A model generated the notes under the pieces. That model was not told the DNA's origin, searched no databases, and worked only from the letters and a program-made list of their open reading frames with translations. A stretch of DNA of 64,000 nt from the human T2T-CHM13v2.0 reference genome, Homo sapiens: assembly GCF_009914755.1 (NCBI RefSeq), contig NC_060945.1. One strand, given 5' to 3'. A program made the translations under genes and the position numbers. Below are positions 9,330-21,779 of this stretch, one piece after another (within the stretch, counting starts at the first letter, position 1; the number at the start of each line of letters is the position of its first letter).

Positions 9330-9670
9330 AAGATTCCCCCATTAAAAGTCATGAATTGAGTGGCTTTTAGTATACCTGTGGTTGTGTACATTCAAATTTA
9401 ATTCGCAATTCATTGTAGAACGTCTTATCACTCCCGGCCAGAGAAAAACCCTGTAGACATTAGTCACTCCTCATTCTGTCTCAAACCCTCTCCCTGACCC
9501 TCAGCCCTAGGTAGCAACTACCTAGTGCGATCAATCCCATATGCATAGATTACCATATTGTGGACATTTCCTATAAGCGGAATTGCACAATAGGTGAGCT
9601 GTTATGACTGACATAACACGTAGCACAATATTTTCAAGATTCGTCCACATTGTAGGCTTACCCACAGGGG
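9330..9670 (-). mobile_element. Old L1M-like antisense fragment 3' of the ORF (one per unit)
   Basis: aattgagtggcttttagtata...ccctcagccctagg-agcaacta...tggacatttcctataa-cggaat are L1M 3'-UTR antisense-type motifs. Confidence 0.6.
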
Positions 9671-12252
9671 GAAACCATTTTTTTGGGGGCTTTTAGTAAC
9701 ACCGGTGTTTTCTCCTTCCTTACGTCCTTCTTTCCTTCCTTCCTTCCTTCCTTCCTTCCTTCCTTCCTGACTTCCTTCCTTCCTTCCTGACTTCCTTCCT
9801 GACTTCCTTCTTTCCTTCCCTCCTTCCTCCTATTTCTCTCTTACTCCTTCTGCCCTCTCTCTTTCCTATGCCTTAGGTGCATCCCACATTCTGCGTTTTT
9901 TTGGGGAAATCCTCGACAGGTGCAGGAAAATTGTGTTATTGTTACAATTTACCGTTATCTCTCTTTCACGGCTCTCCATCAGTTGTGAACATCTATTGGT
10001 TTATCCCAAGTCACTAAGCATATTTTCATTAGGTAAACCTGTTTTTCCTTCTACAGCTGTTTCTGGAGTATAGGGTCGCATACTCATAAACCCAGTGTAA
10101 CTCAGAAACGCATCTAATATTCCAGTAAACCCATCATAACGTTGAAAAATCGTAAATCAAACCATCATAAGTCACGGTTTGTCCGTGGATATGGGCGTCA
10201 TCAATTCCATTGTATTCAGTAATGCTGTACACCATTAACAATGGCAGACTGATTGGGAGTGGATATTGATAGCATTATAAAAGTCAGTTATTAGAGGGAT
10301 ACTTCTTTAACCTGACTGAAGAACTGATCTAATGGCTTTAGTACAGTGCATGATTATGTGCGATGTTTTGAGACAGAGTAGTACATTTGTGAATGAAATT
10401 TTATGGCTTTTTTTTCACTTAGTAGGAACCATTGTGTGTGGAAAAGTGAGAAAATGGCTTTCTGCTGTAGGGTCTGGCATTCATTGTAGATGTAAGCTTA
10501 TTTTTCTGTGAGCAAATCTTATTCAATAAAATACTACTCTTTATACTAAAAAACAAAAACAGTGGCGATGTGTGGTCATTATCCTCAGCAAACTTATCCA
10601 GGGAAAGAAAACCAAACGCCACAACTCACTTATAATGGGAGCTGAAAAATGAGATCCCATGGACACAGGAAGGGGAACAACACACACTGGGGCCTTCCGG
10701 GAGACAGAGCGTTAAGAAAAACAGCTACTGCATGCTGGGCCTAATACCTAGGTGATGGGTTGACAGGTGCAGCAAACCACCATGGCACACGTTTACCTTA
10801 GTAACAAATCTGCACATCCTGCACATATACCCCAGAACTTAGGAACGAAATGAAACAAAAGACAACGAAAAAGCAACAGCAAAACGCTAAAGGCAAAATA
10901 AAGTTTCAAACTGAGAAAGTGACAGACCAACGTCTGGTTCAAATCATGGTTCTCAACCCAGGTGCCATAAGGTCAGGATAAAGGATGTGATTACATATTG
11001 TCAATAAGACATGCAGCAAATGACCAGAATGATTATTCTCAACATATGTGTGTCTTCTAATTCAATGGTGACGCTATCTACCGGGACATAGCATTAGATT
11101 CCAAAGGGCCGAGTCCCGCCAGACAGGCCTCCCACACTAATAACAATGGGAAGCCCTACGTTGCTTTACCTGTGCTTCTCAGCCACTGGCTATAAATCAG
11201 GTTGCCACCACTCCCAGATTTAGTTGCATTCATTTGCTGGAAGAGCTCACAGCACGCAGGGAAACACTTACATTTGCCGTTGTATTTTAGCGGACATTGC
11301 ACAAAGTTCAGAAATAAATGTGGGGCCCGGCATGTGGGGAGGGGCGCACTACCTTCCAGGAAGTGTTATCCAGAAGCTCTCTGAACCCAGTCCTTTTGGG
11401 TTTTGATGGAGACCTCATTCTATAGGCATGATGGGTTAAACCATAAGCTATTGGTGATCAACTCCACATGGGGCTCTCCACCCTCCCTGGAAATTGGGGT
11501 TGAGGCTTTGCCATTCTCAGTCTGACTAAAAGAATTTACCCAAACGGAATTTTAAAACAGATGAGCATAACTGGAATCTTAATTAGATGATTGGATTATC
11601 TGGAGCCACACCTTGATATTCCTAACCCGAGCACCCTCATCCAACGAATGCTCCACCCAACTGGCTCCCAAGTCTCTACGTGGTTCCAGAGCAAAAGGAT
11701 GTTGATACAACGCATATCTCCACCTTTTCTTCCAAGTCTTTTCGCTTACACGGAAAGACTTCTTCAACTGCCATGCATCAGGGTCAGGGGGAGGTCTTGT
11801 TACAACACAGATCTGCGGATCTCCGGCGTTTGACAGTGGCAAGGATGCTGCTGGTGTCAAAACCACAACGTGGGAACCACAGAACCACTAGTGGGTTTTC
11901 AGTGTTTCAGTGCATACAATTCCTAATATTTCTGGCCAAGAAAACTTGTAAGTTCTTAGATTGTCCCAAAGGTGGCGCATGAAATCAAAGCAGGAGAACA
12001 GTTTCCTACGAGGTGTAGCCTGGGAAAGTTGGGGGTGACTGATGGAAAGGAGGAGTGAAGCTCCGCCCTTTCCGCTGCTAGGCTGCGCCCGAGGCTATTT
12101 AAACCCACCCTGGCTGGCCTGTACTCAGATCTTCGCGGAGCGGATCAGCGGCAGGAGCGTTTGGCGGACTCTGCGTGGACTTGGAGCTCACAGCGTCTTG
12201 CGACTTGGAAGCGGGTTCAGAGGACAGGACAGAACACTTGGGCAAGTGAATC

Positions 12253-12291
<39 letters not shown>

Positions 12292-12468
12292 CATTGGTTG
12301 GTTGATTTCCATTTTCTTAAGGAGCACATACCTCACACCGCACACACACAAACACACACACGCACACACACACGCACACGCACACGCACACACACGCACA
12401 CGCACACTCCTTCCTTCTGCGAGTTAGAACATTAGTAGGGGCCCCTGGGAGCTGCAGGTTTCCTAATC

Positions 12469-15450
12469 ATGTCTGCACCTAAGAACAGTAGGGTCTTGTC
12501 TGGCTCTTCTTATGAACGGTCCCCCAGCCCGGACTCCCCAAGGTCCATGCGAACCTCACCCAGCTTCCCCCTCTCCCCTCTCAGAAACTCAGGCTTAAGG
12601 GGAAGCTCCTCACCAGGGATCCGGAGCTACCATTCACCATCCCCTAGGGCTTCACCACACTCACCTCTGTCATCACCAGAATCCCACAAGCTCCCATTTC
12701 CCTGTCCTCACCGTGATGGGCAATCAACGAAGCCATTGGGCTCTCCCGTGTCCTCCTCTGAGGATTCCTCAGAGTCCCCACGTTCATCAATAATATACCA
12801 CATGTTCTTACTGCCATCACCCAGCAGCTCACCCCCAGCTCTCGGGGGGTCTCCTGTGTCTCCCAGCTACTCTCCAAACAACCCCAGATTTCAGCTGCGG
12901 TCAGCCCCCCACACCCAGGAATCACCTACAAACTCACGAGCCTCACTTTGCTCCACCCCCGTGTCTTTCATCTCTTCACCCCCAGGCCTCAGGGACTCTC
13001 CTGTGGCTCCCAGTTACTCTCCAGCCATCCCCAGGTTCCTGCGGGAGTCAGCCCCATGCGCCCAGGAGTCCCCCAGAGACTCACAGGTCTCGGGAGATTA
13101 TGAGCGGTCCCCCAGCCCTGACTCCCCAAGATTCATGCCTGCCTCACCCAGCTTCTCCCTCTCCCCTCCCAGAAACTCAGACCCAAGGGGCAGCTCCTCA
13201 CCAGGGGTGTGGAAGTGCTCTACATCATCCCGCAGGGCTTCACCACTCTCACATCCGTCATCAACAGAATTCCACAACTTTACGTTTCCCTTTCCTAACC
13301 AAGCAGAACAGTCACTCATGTCATTGTGTTCTCCCGTGACCTCCTCTGGAGATTCTTCACAGTCACCTCATTCATCAATAATATACCATATGTTCTTACT
13401 GCCATCATCCAGCAGCTCACCCCCAGCCACCCATGACTCTCCTGTCTGTCCCAGATACTCTCCAACTACGCCCAGATTTCAGCGGGAGTCTGTACCCCAC
13501 ACCCCAGAAACACCTACAAACTCACAGACCTCAGTGAGATCCTCGCCAGTCTCTCTGACGTCTTCACCCACAGCCCTTACGGACCCTCCAGTCTGTCCCA
13601 GCTACTCTCCAACCACGCCCACATTTCAGCGCGGGTCAGTTCCAGGAACCCAGGGATCACCACCAAGCCCACCGCTTTCACTGAGTTACTCCCCAGTCTC
13701 TAGCACGTCTTTATCTCCAACCCTCAGGGACTCGCCTGTCTGTCCCAGCTACTCTCCAAACACGCCCACACTTCAGCGGGAGTCCGTTGCAGGCACCCAG
13801 AAGTCACCACCAAACTCACCAATTTCACTGCGTTACTCCCCAGTCTCTCTCATGTCTTCACCATCCCTCAGGGACTCTCCCGTCTGTCCCAGCTACTCTC
13901 CAACCACGCCCACATTTCAGCTGGAGTCAGTTCCAGGCACCCCGGAATCACCACCAAACTCACCAATTTCACTCAGTTACTCCTCAGTCTCTAGCACGTC
14001 TTTATCTCCAACCCTCAGGGACTCTCCTGTGTGTCCCAGCTACTCTCCAACCACGCCCACACTTCAGCGGGAGTCAGTTCCAGGCACCCAGGAATCACCA
14101 CCAAACTCACCAATTTCACTCAATTACTCTCCAGTCTCTCTCGTGTCTTCACCAGCCCTCAGGGACTCTCCTGTCTGTCCCAGTTACTCTCCAACCACGC
14201 CCACATTTCAGCTGGAGTCAGTTCCAGGCACCCCGGAGTCACCACCAAACTCACCAGTTTCACTCAGTTACTCCCCGGTCTCTCTCATGTCTTCACCCCC
14301 AGCCCTCAGGGACTCTCCTGTGTGTCCCAGCTACTCTCCAACCATGCCCAGATTTCAGCGGGAGTCTGTTCCAGGCACCCATGTATCACCACCAAACTCA
14401 GCAGTTTCACTGAGTTACTCCCCAGTCTCTCTCATGTCTTCACCCCCACACCCCTGGGACTCTCCTGTCTGTCCCAGCTACTCTCCCACCACGCCCAGAT
14501 TTCAGCGGGAGTCAGCCTCCCACACTCCGGAATCAGATACAGACTCACAGACTTCACTGAGCTCCTCCCTGGTCTCTCTCAGGTCTTTGCCCTCATCCCA
14601 CAGGGACTCTTGTGTCTCTTTCAGCTACTCTCAAAACTTCTCTAGATTCCAGCTGGAGTCAGTTCCAGGCACCCACGATACACCACCGAACTCACGAATT
14701 TCACTGACTTACTCCCCTGTCTCCCTCATGTTCTCACCCCCAGCCCTCAGGGACTCTTCTGTCTCTCTCAGCTACTCTCCAACCATCTCCAGATTTCACC
14801 TGGAGTCAGCTTCCCACACCCTGGAATCACCTGCAAACTCACGGACCTTACTGCAACCATCCCCCATTTCTTTCACCTCTTCACCCCCTGCCTTCAGGGA
14901 CTCTCCTGGGTCTCCCAGCTTCTCTCCAGCCTTCCCCAGATTTCTGCCACAGCCAGCCCCAGGCACCCAGGACAACCCTAGACACTCACAGGCCTCACCA
15001 GACTATCTCCCTATGACCTGTACCTATACAGGGATGGCTCCCACGCATCCCTCAGTGACCCCAAACCCATCTCCACTTACACTCAGGCACTCCCAGGGCC
15101 TGACAGCTACTCCCCGTTATTGTCCTTCAGTTCGAAGCCCTGGCCAATCTACTAGCCCACATGACGCAGTTACCTGGCCATTTCTCCACGGTTCCCGGGA
15201 GGGCCCCACACCCAGCCGCACAAGAGCCCCTCCTGCATTCCGTCCTCACACGCAGGCCTGTCCATCTACTTGCTACTGTCACACTCTTGCCAGCAGAAGA
15301 GGCCCCTGTAATGGCCGATATCACCACCCAGTCTATCCTCACCCCACAGCTGTGCAGCGGGAAGCCCCTGCTGGCCCACGTGGCTGCCACAGCCCATGCT
15401 GGCACGACGCTCCAGCAGGTCGGCGTCCCTGCGGGCCAAACTACCGGTGA
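12469..15450 (+). CDS. CTD-like repeat protein, type A, copy 2 (993 aa)
   Basis: Intact ORF, 5 aa differences from copy 1. Confidence 0.7.
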   Translation: MSAPKNSRVLSGSSYERSPSPDSPRSMRTSPSFPLSPLRNSGLRGSSSPGIRSYHSPSPRASPHSPLSSPESHKLPFPCPHRDGQSTKPLGSPVSSSEDSSESPRSSIIYHMFLLPSPSSSPPALGGSPVSPSYSPNNPRFQLRSAPHTQESPTNSRASLCSTPVSFISSPPGLRDSPVAPSYSPAIPRFLRESAPCAQESPRDSQVSGDYERSPSPDSPRFMPASPSFSLSPPRNSDPRGSSSPGVWKCSTSSRRASPLSHPSSTEFHNFTFPFPNQAEQSLMSLCSPVTSSGDSSQSPHSSIIYHMFLLPSSSSSPPATHDSPVCPRYSPTTPRFQRESVPHTPETPTNSQTSVRSSPVSLTSSPTALTDPPVCPSYSPTTPTFQRGSVPGTQGSPPSPPLSLSYSPVSSTSLSPTLRDSPVCPSYSPNTPTLQRESVAGTQKSPPNSPISLRYSPVSLMSSPSLRDSPVCPSYSPTTPTFQLESVPGTPESPPNSPISLSYSSVSSTSLSPTLRDSPVCPSYSPTTPTLQRESVPGTQESPPNSPISLNYSPVSLVSSPALRDSPVCPSYSPTTPTFQLESVPGTPESPPNSPVSLSYSPVSLMSSPPALRDSPVCPSYSPTMPRFQRESVPGTHVSPPNSAVSLSYSPVSLMSSPPHPWDSPVCPSYSPTTPRFQRESASHTPESDTDSQTSLSSSLVSLRSLPSSHRDSCVSFSYSQNFSRFQLESVPGTHDTPPNSRISLTYSPVSLMFSPPALRDSSVSLSYSPTISRFHLESASHTLESPANSRTLLQPSPISFTSSPPAFRDSPGSPSFSPAFPRFLPQPAPGTQDNPRHSQASPDYLPMTCTYTGMAPTHPSVTPNPSPLTLRHSQGLTATPRYCPSVRSPGQSTSPHDAVTWPFLHGSREGPTPSRTRAPPAFRPHTQACPSTCYCHTLASRRGPCNGRYHHPVYPHPTAVQREAPAGPRGCHSPCWHDAPAGRRPCGPNYR

Positions 15451-18400
15451 CATGTCTAGCGTGACCCTCCTTCCTGGCAGTGACACTGTTGATGTGAACC
15501 CCAATTTCACATCTGTCATTTGTAAATAGGACCATTTTCCCTTTTCGCTCTCCCTTCCATTCACAGGGCTTTTCATTCTCTCTGTTACTGCCTCCGTTTC
15601 AGATATTTACTCACCTTTTTCTCTCTCACTATGTCTGCCGTGGGCTCCATGAGAGTGCGCCACATAAGATTCCCCCATTAAAAGTCATGAATTGAGTGGC
15701 TTTTAGTATACCTGTGGTTGTGTACATTCAAATTTAATTCGCAATTCATTGTAGAACGTCTTATCACTCCCGGCCAGAGAAAAACCCTGTAGACATTAGT
15801 CACTCCTCATTCTGTCTCAAACCCTCTCCCTGACCCTCAGCCCTAGGTAGCAACTACCTAGTGCGATCAATCCCATATGCATAGATTACCATATTGTGGA
15901 CATTTCCTATAAGCGGAATTGCACAATAGGTGAGCTGTTATGACTGACATAACACGTAGCACAATATTTTCAAGATTCGTCCACATTGTAGGCTTACCCA
16001 CAGGGGGAAACCATTTTTTTGGGGGCTTTTAGTAACACCGGTGTTTTTTCCTTCCTTACGTCCTTCTTTCCTTCCTTCCTTCCTTCCTTCCTTCCTTCCT
16101 TCCTTCCTGACTTCCTTCCTGACTTCCTTCTTTCCTTCCCTCCTTCCTCCTATTTCTCTCTTACTCCTTCTGCCCTCTCTCTTTCCTATGCCTTAGGTGC
16201 ATCCCACATTCTGCGTTTTTTTGGGGAAATCCTCGACAGGTGCAGGAAAATTGTGTTATTGTAACAATTTACCGTTATCTCTCTTTCACGGCTCTCCATC
16301 AGTTGTGAACATCTATTGGTTTATCCCAAGTCACTAAGCATATTTTCATTAGGTAAACCTGTTTTTCCTTCTACAGCTGTTTCTGGAGTATAGGGTCGCA
16401 TACTCATAAACCCAGTGTAACTCAGAAACGCATCTAATATTCCAGTAAACCCATCATAACGTTGAAAAATCGTAAATCAAACCATCATAAGTCACGGTTT
16501 GTCCGTGGATATGGGCGTCATCAATTCCATTGTATTCAGTAATGCTGTACACCATTAACAATGGCAGACTGATTGGGAGTGGATATTGATAGCATTATAA
16601 AAGTCAGTTATTAGAGGGATACTTCTTTAACCTGACTGAAGAACTGATCTAATGGCTTTAGTACAGTGCATGATTATGTGCGATGTTTTGAGACAGAGTA
16701 GTACATTTGTGAATGAAATTTTATGGCTTTTTTTTCACTTAGTAGGAACCATTGTGTGTGGAAAAGTGAGAAAATGGCTTTCTGCTGTAGGGTCTGGCAT
16801 TCATTGTAGATGTAAGCTTATTTTTCTGTGAGCAAATCTTATTCAATAAAATACTACTCTTTATACTAAAAAACAAAAACAGTGGTGATGTGTGGTCATT
16901 ACCCTCAGCAAACTTATCCAGGGAAAAGAAAACCAAACGCCACAACTCACTTATAATGGGAGCTGAAAAATGAGATCCCATGGACACAGGAAGGGGAACA
17001 ACACACACTGGGGCCTTCCGGGAGACAGAGCGTTAAGAAAAACAGCTACTGCATGCTGGGCCTAATACCTAGGTGATGGGTTGACAGGTGCAGCAAACCA
17101 CCATGGCACACGTTAACCTTAGTAACAAATCTGCACATCCTGCACATGTACCCCAGAACTTAGGAACGAAACGAAACAAAAGACAACGAAAAAGCAACAG
17201 CAAAACGCTAAAGGCAAAATAAAGTTTCAAACTGAGAAAGTGACAGACCAACGTCTGGTTCAAATCATGGTTCTCAACCCAGGTGCCATAAGGTCAGGAT
17301 AAAGGATGTGATTACATATTGTCAATAAGACATGCAGCAAATGACCAGAATGATTATTCTCAACATATGTGTGTCTTCTAATTCAATGGTGACGCTGTCT
17401 ACCGGGACATAGCATTAGATTCCAAAGGGCCGAGTCCCGCCAGACAGGCCTCCCACACTAATAACAATGGGAAGCCCTACGTTGCTTTACCTGTGCTTCT
17501 CAGCCACTGGCTATAAATCAGGTTGCCACCACTCCCAGATTTAGTTGCATTCATTAGCTGGAAGAGCTCACAGCACGCAGGGAAACACTTACATTTGCCG
17601 TTGTATTTTAGCGGACATTGCACAAAGTTCAGAAATAAATGTGGGGCCCGGCATGTGGGGAGGGGGGCACTACCTTCCAGGAAGTGTTATCCAGAAGCTC
17701 TCTGAACCCAGTCCTTTTGGGTTTTGATGGAGACCTCATTCTATAGGCATGATGGGTTAAACCATAGGCTATTGGTGATCAACTCCACCTGGGGCTCTCC
17801 ACCCTCCCTGGAAATTGGGGTTGAGGCTTTGCCATTCTCAGTCTGACTAAAAGAATTTACCCAAACGGAATTTTAAAACAGATGAGCATAACTGGAATCT
17901 TAATTAGATGATTGGATTATCTGGAGCCACACCTTGATATTCCTAACCCGAGCACCCTCATCCAACGAATGCTCCACCCAACTGGCTCCCAAGTCTCTAC
18001 GTGGTTCCAGAGCAAAAGGATGTTGATACAACGCATATCTCCACCTTTTCTTCCAAGTCTTTTCGCTTACACGGAAAGACTTCTTCAACTGCCATGCATC
18101 AGGGTCAGGGGGAGGTCTTGTTACAACACAGATCTGCGGATCTCCGGCGTTTGACAGTGGCAAGGATGCTGCTGGTGTCAAAACCACAACGTGGGAACCA
18201 CAGAACCACTAGTGGGTTTTCAGTGTTTCAGTGCATACAATTCCTAATATTTCTGGCCAAGAAAACTTGTAAGTTCTTAGATTGTCCCAAAGGTGGCGCA
18301 TGAAATCAAAGCAGGAGAACAGTTTCCTACGAGGTGTAGCCTGGGAAAGTTGGGGGTGACTGATGGAAAGGAGGAGTGAAGCTCCGCCCTTTCCGCTGCT

Positions 18401-18573
18401 AGGCTGCGCCCGAGGCTATTTAAACCCACCCTGGCTGGCCTGTACTCAGATCTTCGCGGAGCGGATCAGCGGCAGGAGCGTTTGGCGGACTCTGCGTGGA
18501 CTTGGAGCTCACAGCGTCTTGCGACTTGGAAGCGGGTTCAGAGGACAGGACAGAACACTTGGGCAAGTGAATC

Positions 18574-18612
<39 letters not shown>

Positions 18613-18797
18613 CATTGGTTGGTTGATTTCCATTTTCTTAAGGAGCACATACCTCACACCGCACACACACAAACACACACACGCACACACACACGCACAC
18701 GCACACGCACACACACGCACACACGCACACGCACACTCCTTCCTTCTGCGAGTTAGAACATTAGTAGGGGCCCCTGGGAGCTGCAGGTTTCCTAATC

Positions 18798-21779
18798 ATG
18801 TCTGCACCTAAGAACAGTAGGGTCTTGTCTGGCTCTTCTTATGAACGGTCCCCCAGCCCGGACTCCCCAAGGTCCATGCGAACCTCACCCAGCTTCCCCC
18901 TCTCCCCTCTCAGAAACTCAGGCTTAAGGGGAAGCTCCTCACCAGGGATCCGGAGCTACCATTCACCATCCCCTAGGGCTTCACCACACTCACCTCTGTC
19001 ATCACCAGAATCCCACAAGCTCCCATTTCCCTGTCCTCACCGTGATGGGCAATCAACGAAGCCATTGGGCTCTCCCGTGTCCTCCTCTGAGGATTCCTCA
19101 GAGTCCCCACGTTCATCAATAATATACCACATGTTCTTACTGCCATCACCCAGCAGCTCACCCCCAGCTCTCGGGGGGTCTCCTGTGTCTCCCAGCTACT
19201 CTCCAAACAACCCCAGATTTCAGCTGCGGTCAGCCCCCCACACCCAGGAATCACCTACAAACTCACGAGCCTCACTTTGCTCCACCCCCGTGTCTTTCAT
19301 CTCTTCACCCCCAGGCCTCAGGGACTCTCCTGTGGCTCCCAGTTACTCTCCAGCCATCCCCAGGTTCCTGCGGGAGTCAGCCCCATGCGCCCAGGAGTCC
19401 CCCAGAGACTCACAGGTCTCGGGAGATTATGAGCGGTCCCCCAGCCCTGACTCCCCAAGATTCATGCCTGCCTCACCCAGCTTCTCCCTCTCCCCTCCCA
19501 GAAACTCAGACCCAAGGGGCAGCTCCTCACCAGGGGTGTGGAAGTGCTCTACATCATCCCGCAGGGCTTCACCACTCTCACATCCGTCATCAACAGAATT
19601 CCACAACTTTACGTTTCCCTTTCCTAACCAAGCAGAACAGTCACTCATGTCATTGTGTTCTCCCGTGACCTCCTCTGGAGATTCTTCACAGTCACCTCAT
19701 TCATCAATAATATACCATATGTTCTTACTGCCATCATCCAGCAGCTCACCCCCAGCCACCCATGACTCTCCTGTCTGTCCCAGATACTCTCCAACTACGC
19801 CCAGATTTCAGCGGGAGTCTGTACCCCACACCCCAGAAACACCTACAAACTCACAGACCTCAGTGAGATCCTCGCCAGTCTCTCTGACGTCTTCACCCAC
19901 AGCCCTTACGGACCCTCCAGTCTGTCCCAGCTACTCTCCAACCACGCCCACATTTCAGCGCGGGTCAGTTCCAGGAACCCAGGGATCACCACCAAGCCCA
20001 CCGCTTTCACTGAGTTACTCCCCAGTCTCTAGCACGTCTTTATCTCCAACCCTCAGGGACTCGCCTGTCTGTCCCAGCTACTCTCCAAACACGCCCACAC
20101 TTCAGCGGGAGTCCGTTGCAGGCACCCAGAAGTCACCACCAAACTCACCAATTTCACTGCGTTACTCCCCAGTCTCTCTCATGTCTTCACCATCCCTCAG
20201 GGACTCTCCCGTCTGTCCCAGCTACTCTCCAACCACGCCCACATTTCAGCTGGAGTCAGTTCCAGGCACCCCGGAATCACCACCAAACTCACCAATTTCA
20301 CTCAGTTACTCCTCAGTCTCTAGCACGTCTTTATCTCCAACCCTCAGGGACTCTCCTGTGTGTCCCAGCTACTCTCCAACCACGCCCACACTTCAGCGGG
20401 AGTCAGTTCCAGGCACCCAGGAATCACCACCAAACTCACCAATTTCACTCAATTACTCTCCAGTCTCTCTCGTGTCTTCACCAGCCCTCAGGGACTCTCC
20501 TGTCTGTCCCAGTTACTCTCCAACCACGCCCACATTTCAGCTGGAGTCAGTTCCAGGCACCCCGGAGTCACCACCAAACTCACCAGTTTCACTCAGTTAC
20601 TCCCCGGTCTCTCTCATGTCTTCACCCCCAGCCCTCAGGGACTCTCCTGTGTGTCCCAGCTACTCTCCAACCATGCCCAGATTTCAGCGGGAGTCTGTTC
20701 CAGGCACCCATGTATCACCACCAAACTCAGCAGTTTCACTGAGTTACTCCCCAGTCTCTCTCATGTCTTCACCCCCACACCCCTGGGACTCTCCTGTCTG
20801 TCCCAGCTACTCTCCCACCACGCCCAGATTTCAGCGGGAGTCAGCCTCCCACACTCCGGAATCAGATACAGACTCACAGACTTCACTGAGCTCCTCCCTG
20901 GTCTCTCTCAGGTCTTTGCCCTCATCCCACAGGGACTCTTGTGTCTCTTTCAGCTACTCTCAAAACTTCTCTAGATTCCAGCTGGAGTCAGTTCCAGGCA
21001 CCCACGATACACCACCGAACTCACGAATTTCACTGACTTACTCCCCTGTCTCCCTCATGTTCTCACCCCCAGCCCTCAGGGACTCTTCTGTCTCTCTCAG
21101 CTACTCTCCAACCATCTCCAGATTTCACCTGGAGTCAGCTTCCCACACCCTGGAATCACCTGCAAACTCACGGACCTTACTGCAACCATCCCCCATTTCT
21201 TTCACCTCTTCACCCCCTGCCTTCAGGGACTCTCCTGGGTCTCCCAGCTTCTCTCCAGCCTTCCCCAGATTTCTGCCACAGCCAGCCCCAGGCACCCAGG
21301 ACAACCCTAGACACTCACAGGCCTCACCAGACTATCTCCCTATGACCTGTACCTATACAGGGATGGCTCCCACGCATCCCTCAGTGACCCCAAACCCATC
21401 TCCACTTACACTCAGGCACTCCCAGGGCCTGACAGCTACTCCCCGTTATTGTCCTTCAGTTCGAAGCCCTGGCCAATCTACTAGCCCACATGACGCAGTT
21501 ACCTGGCCATTTCTCCACGGTTCCCGGGAGGGCCCCACACCCAGCCGCACAAGAGCCCCTCCTGCATTCCGTCCTCACACGCAGGCCTGTCCATCTACTT
21601 GCTACTGTCACACTCTTGCCAGCAGAAGAGGCCCCTGTAATGGCCGATATCACCACCCAGTCTATCCTCACCCCACAGCTGTGCAGCGGGAAGCCCCTGC
21701 TGGCCCACGTGGCTGCCACAGCCCATGCTGGCACGACGCTCCAGCAGGTCGGCGTCCCTGCGGGCCAAACTACCGGTGA
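18798..21779 (+). CDS. CTD-like repeat protein, type A, copy 3 (993 aa)
   Basis: Intact ORF, translation appears identical to copy 2. Confidence 0.7.
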   Translation: MSAPKNSRVLSGSSYERSPSPDSPRSMRTSPSFPLSPLRNSGLRGSSSPGIRSYHSPSPRASPHSPLSSPESHKLPFPCPHRDGQSTKPLGSPVSSSEDSSESPRSSIIYHMFLLPSPSSSPPALGGSPVSPSYSPNNPRFQLRSAPHTQESPTNSRASLCSTPVSFISSPPGLRDSPVAPSYSPAIPRFLRESAPCAQESPRDSQVSGDYERSPSPDSPRFMPASPSFSLSPPRNSDPRGSSSPGVWKCSTSSRRASPLSHPSSTEFHNFTFPFPNQAEQSLMSLCSPVTSSGDSSQSPHSSIIYHMFLLPSSSSSPPATHDSPVCPRYSPTTPRFQRESVPHTPETPTNSQTSVRSSPVSLTSSPTALTDPPVCPSYSPTTPTFQRGSVPGTQGSPPSPPLSLSYSPVSSTSLSPTLRDSPVCPSYSPNTPTLQRESVAGTQKSPPNSPISLRYSPVSLMSSPSLRDSPVCPSYSPTTPTFQLESVPGTPESPPNSPISLSYSSVSSTSLSPTLRDSPVCPSYSPTTPTLQRESVPGTQESPPNSPISLNYSPVSLVSSPALRDSPVCPSYSPTTPTFQLESVPGTPESPPNSPVSLSYSPVSLMSSPPALRDSPVCPSYSPTMPRFQRESVPGTHVSPPNSAVSLSYSPVSLMSSPPHPWDSPVCPSYSPTTPRFQRESASHTPESDTDSQTSLSSSLVSLRSLPSSHRDSCVSFSYSQNFSRFQLESVPGTHDTPPNSRISLTYSPVSLMFSPPALRDSSVSLSYSPTISRFHLESASHTLESPANSRTLLQPSPISFTSSPPAFRDSPGSPSFSPAFPRFLPQPAPGTQDNPRHSQASPDYLPMTCTYTGMAPTHPSVTPNPSPLTLRHSQGLTATPRYCPSVRSPGQSTSPHDAVTWPFLHGSREGPTPSRTRAPPAFRPHTQACPSTCYCHTLASRRGPCNGRYHHPVYPHPTAVQREAPAGPRGCHSPCWHDAPAGRRPCGPNYR

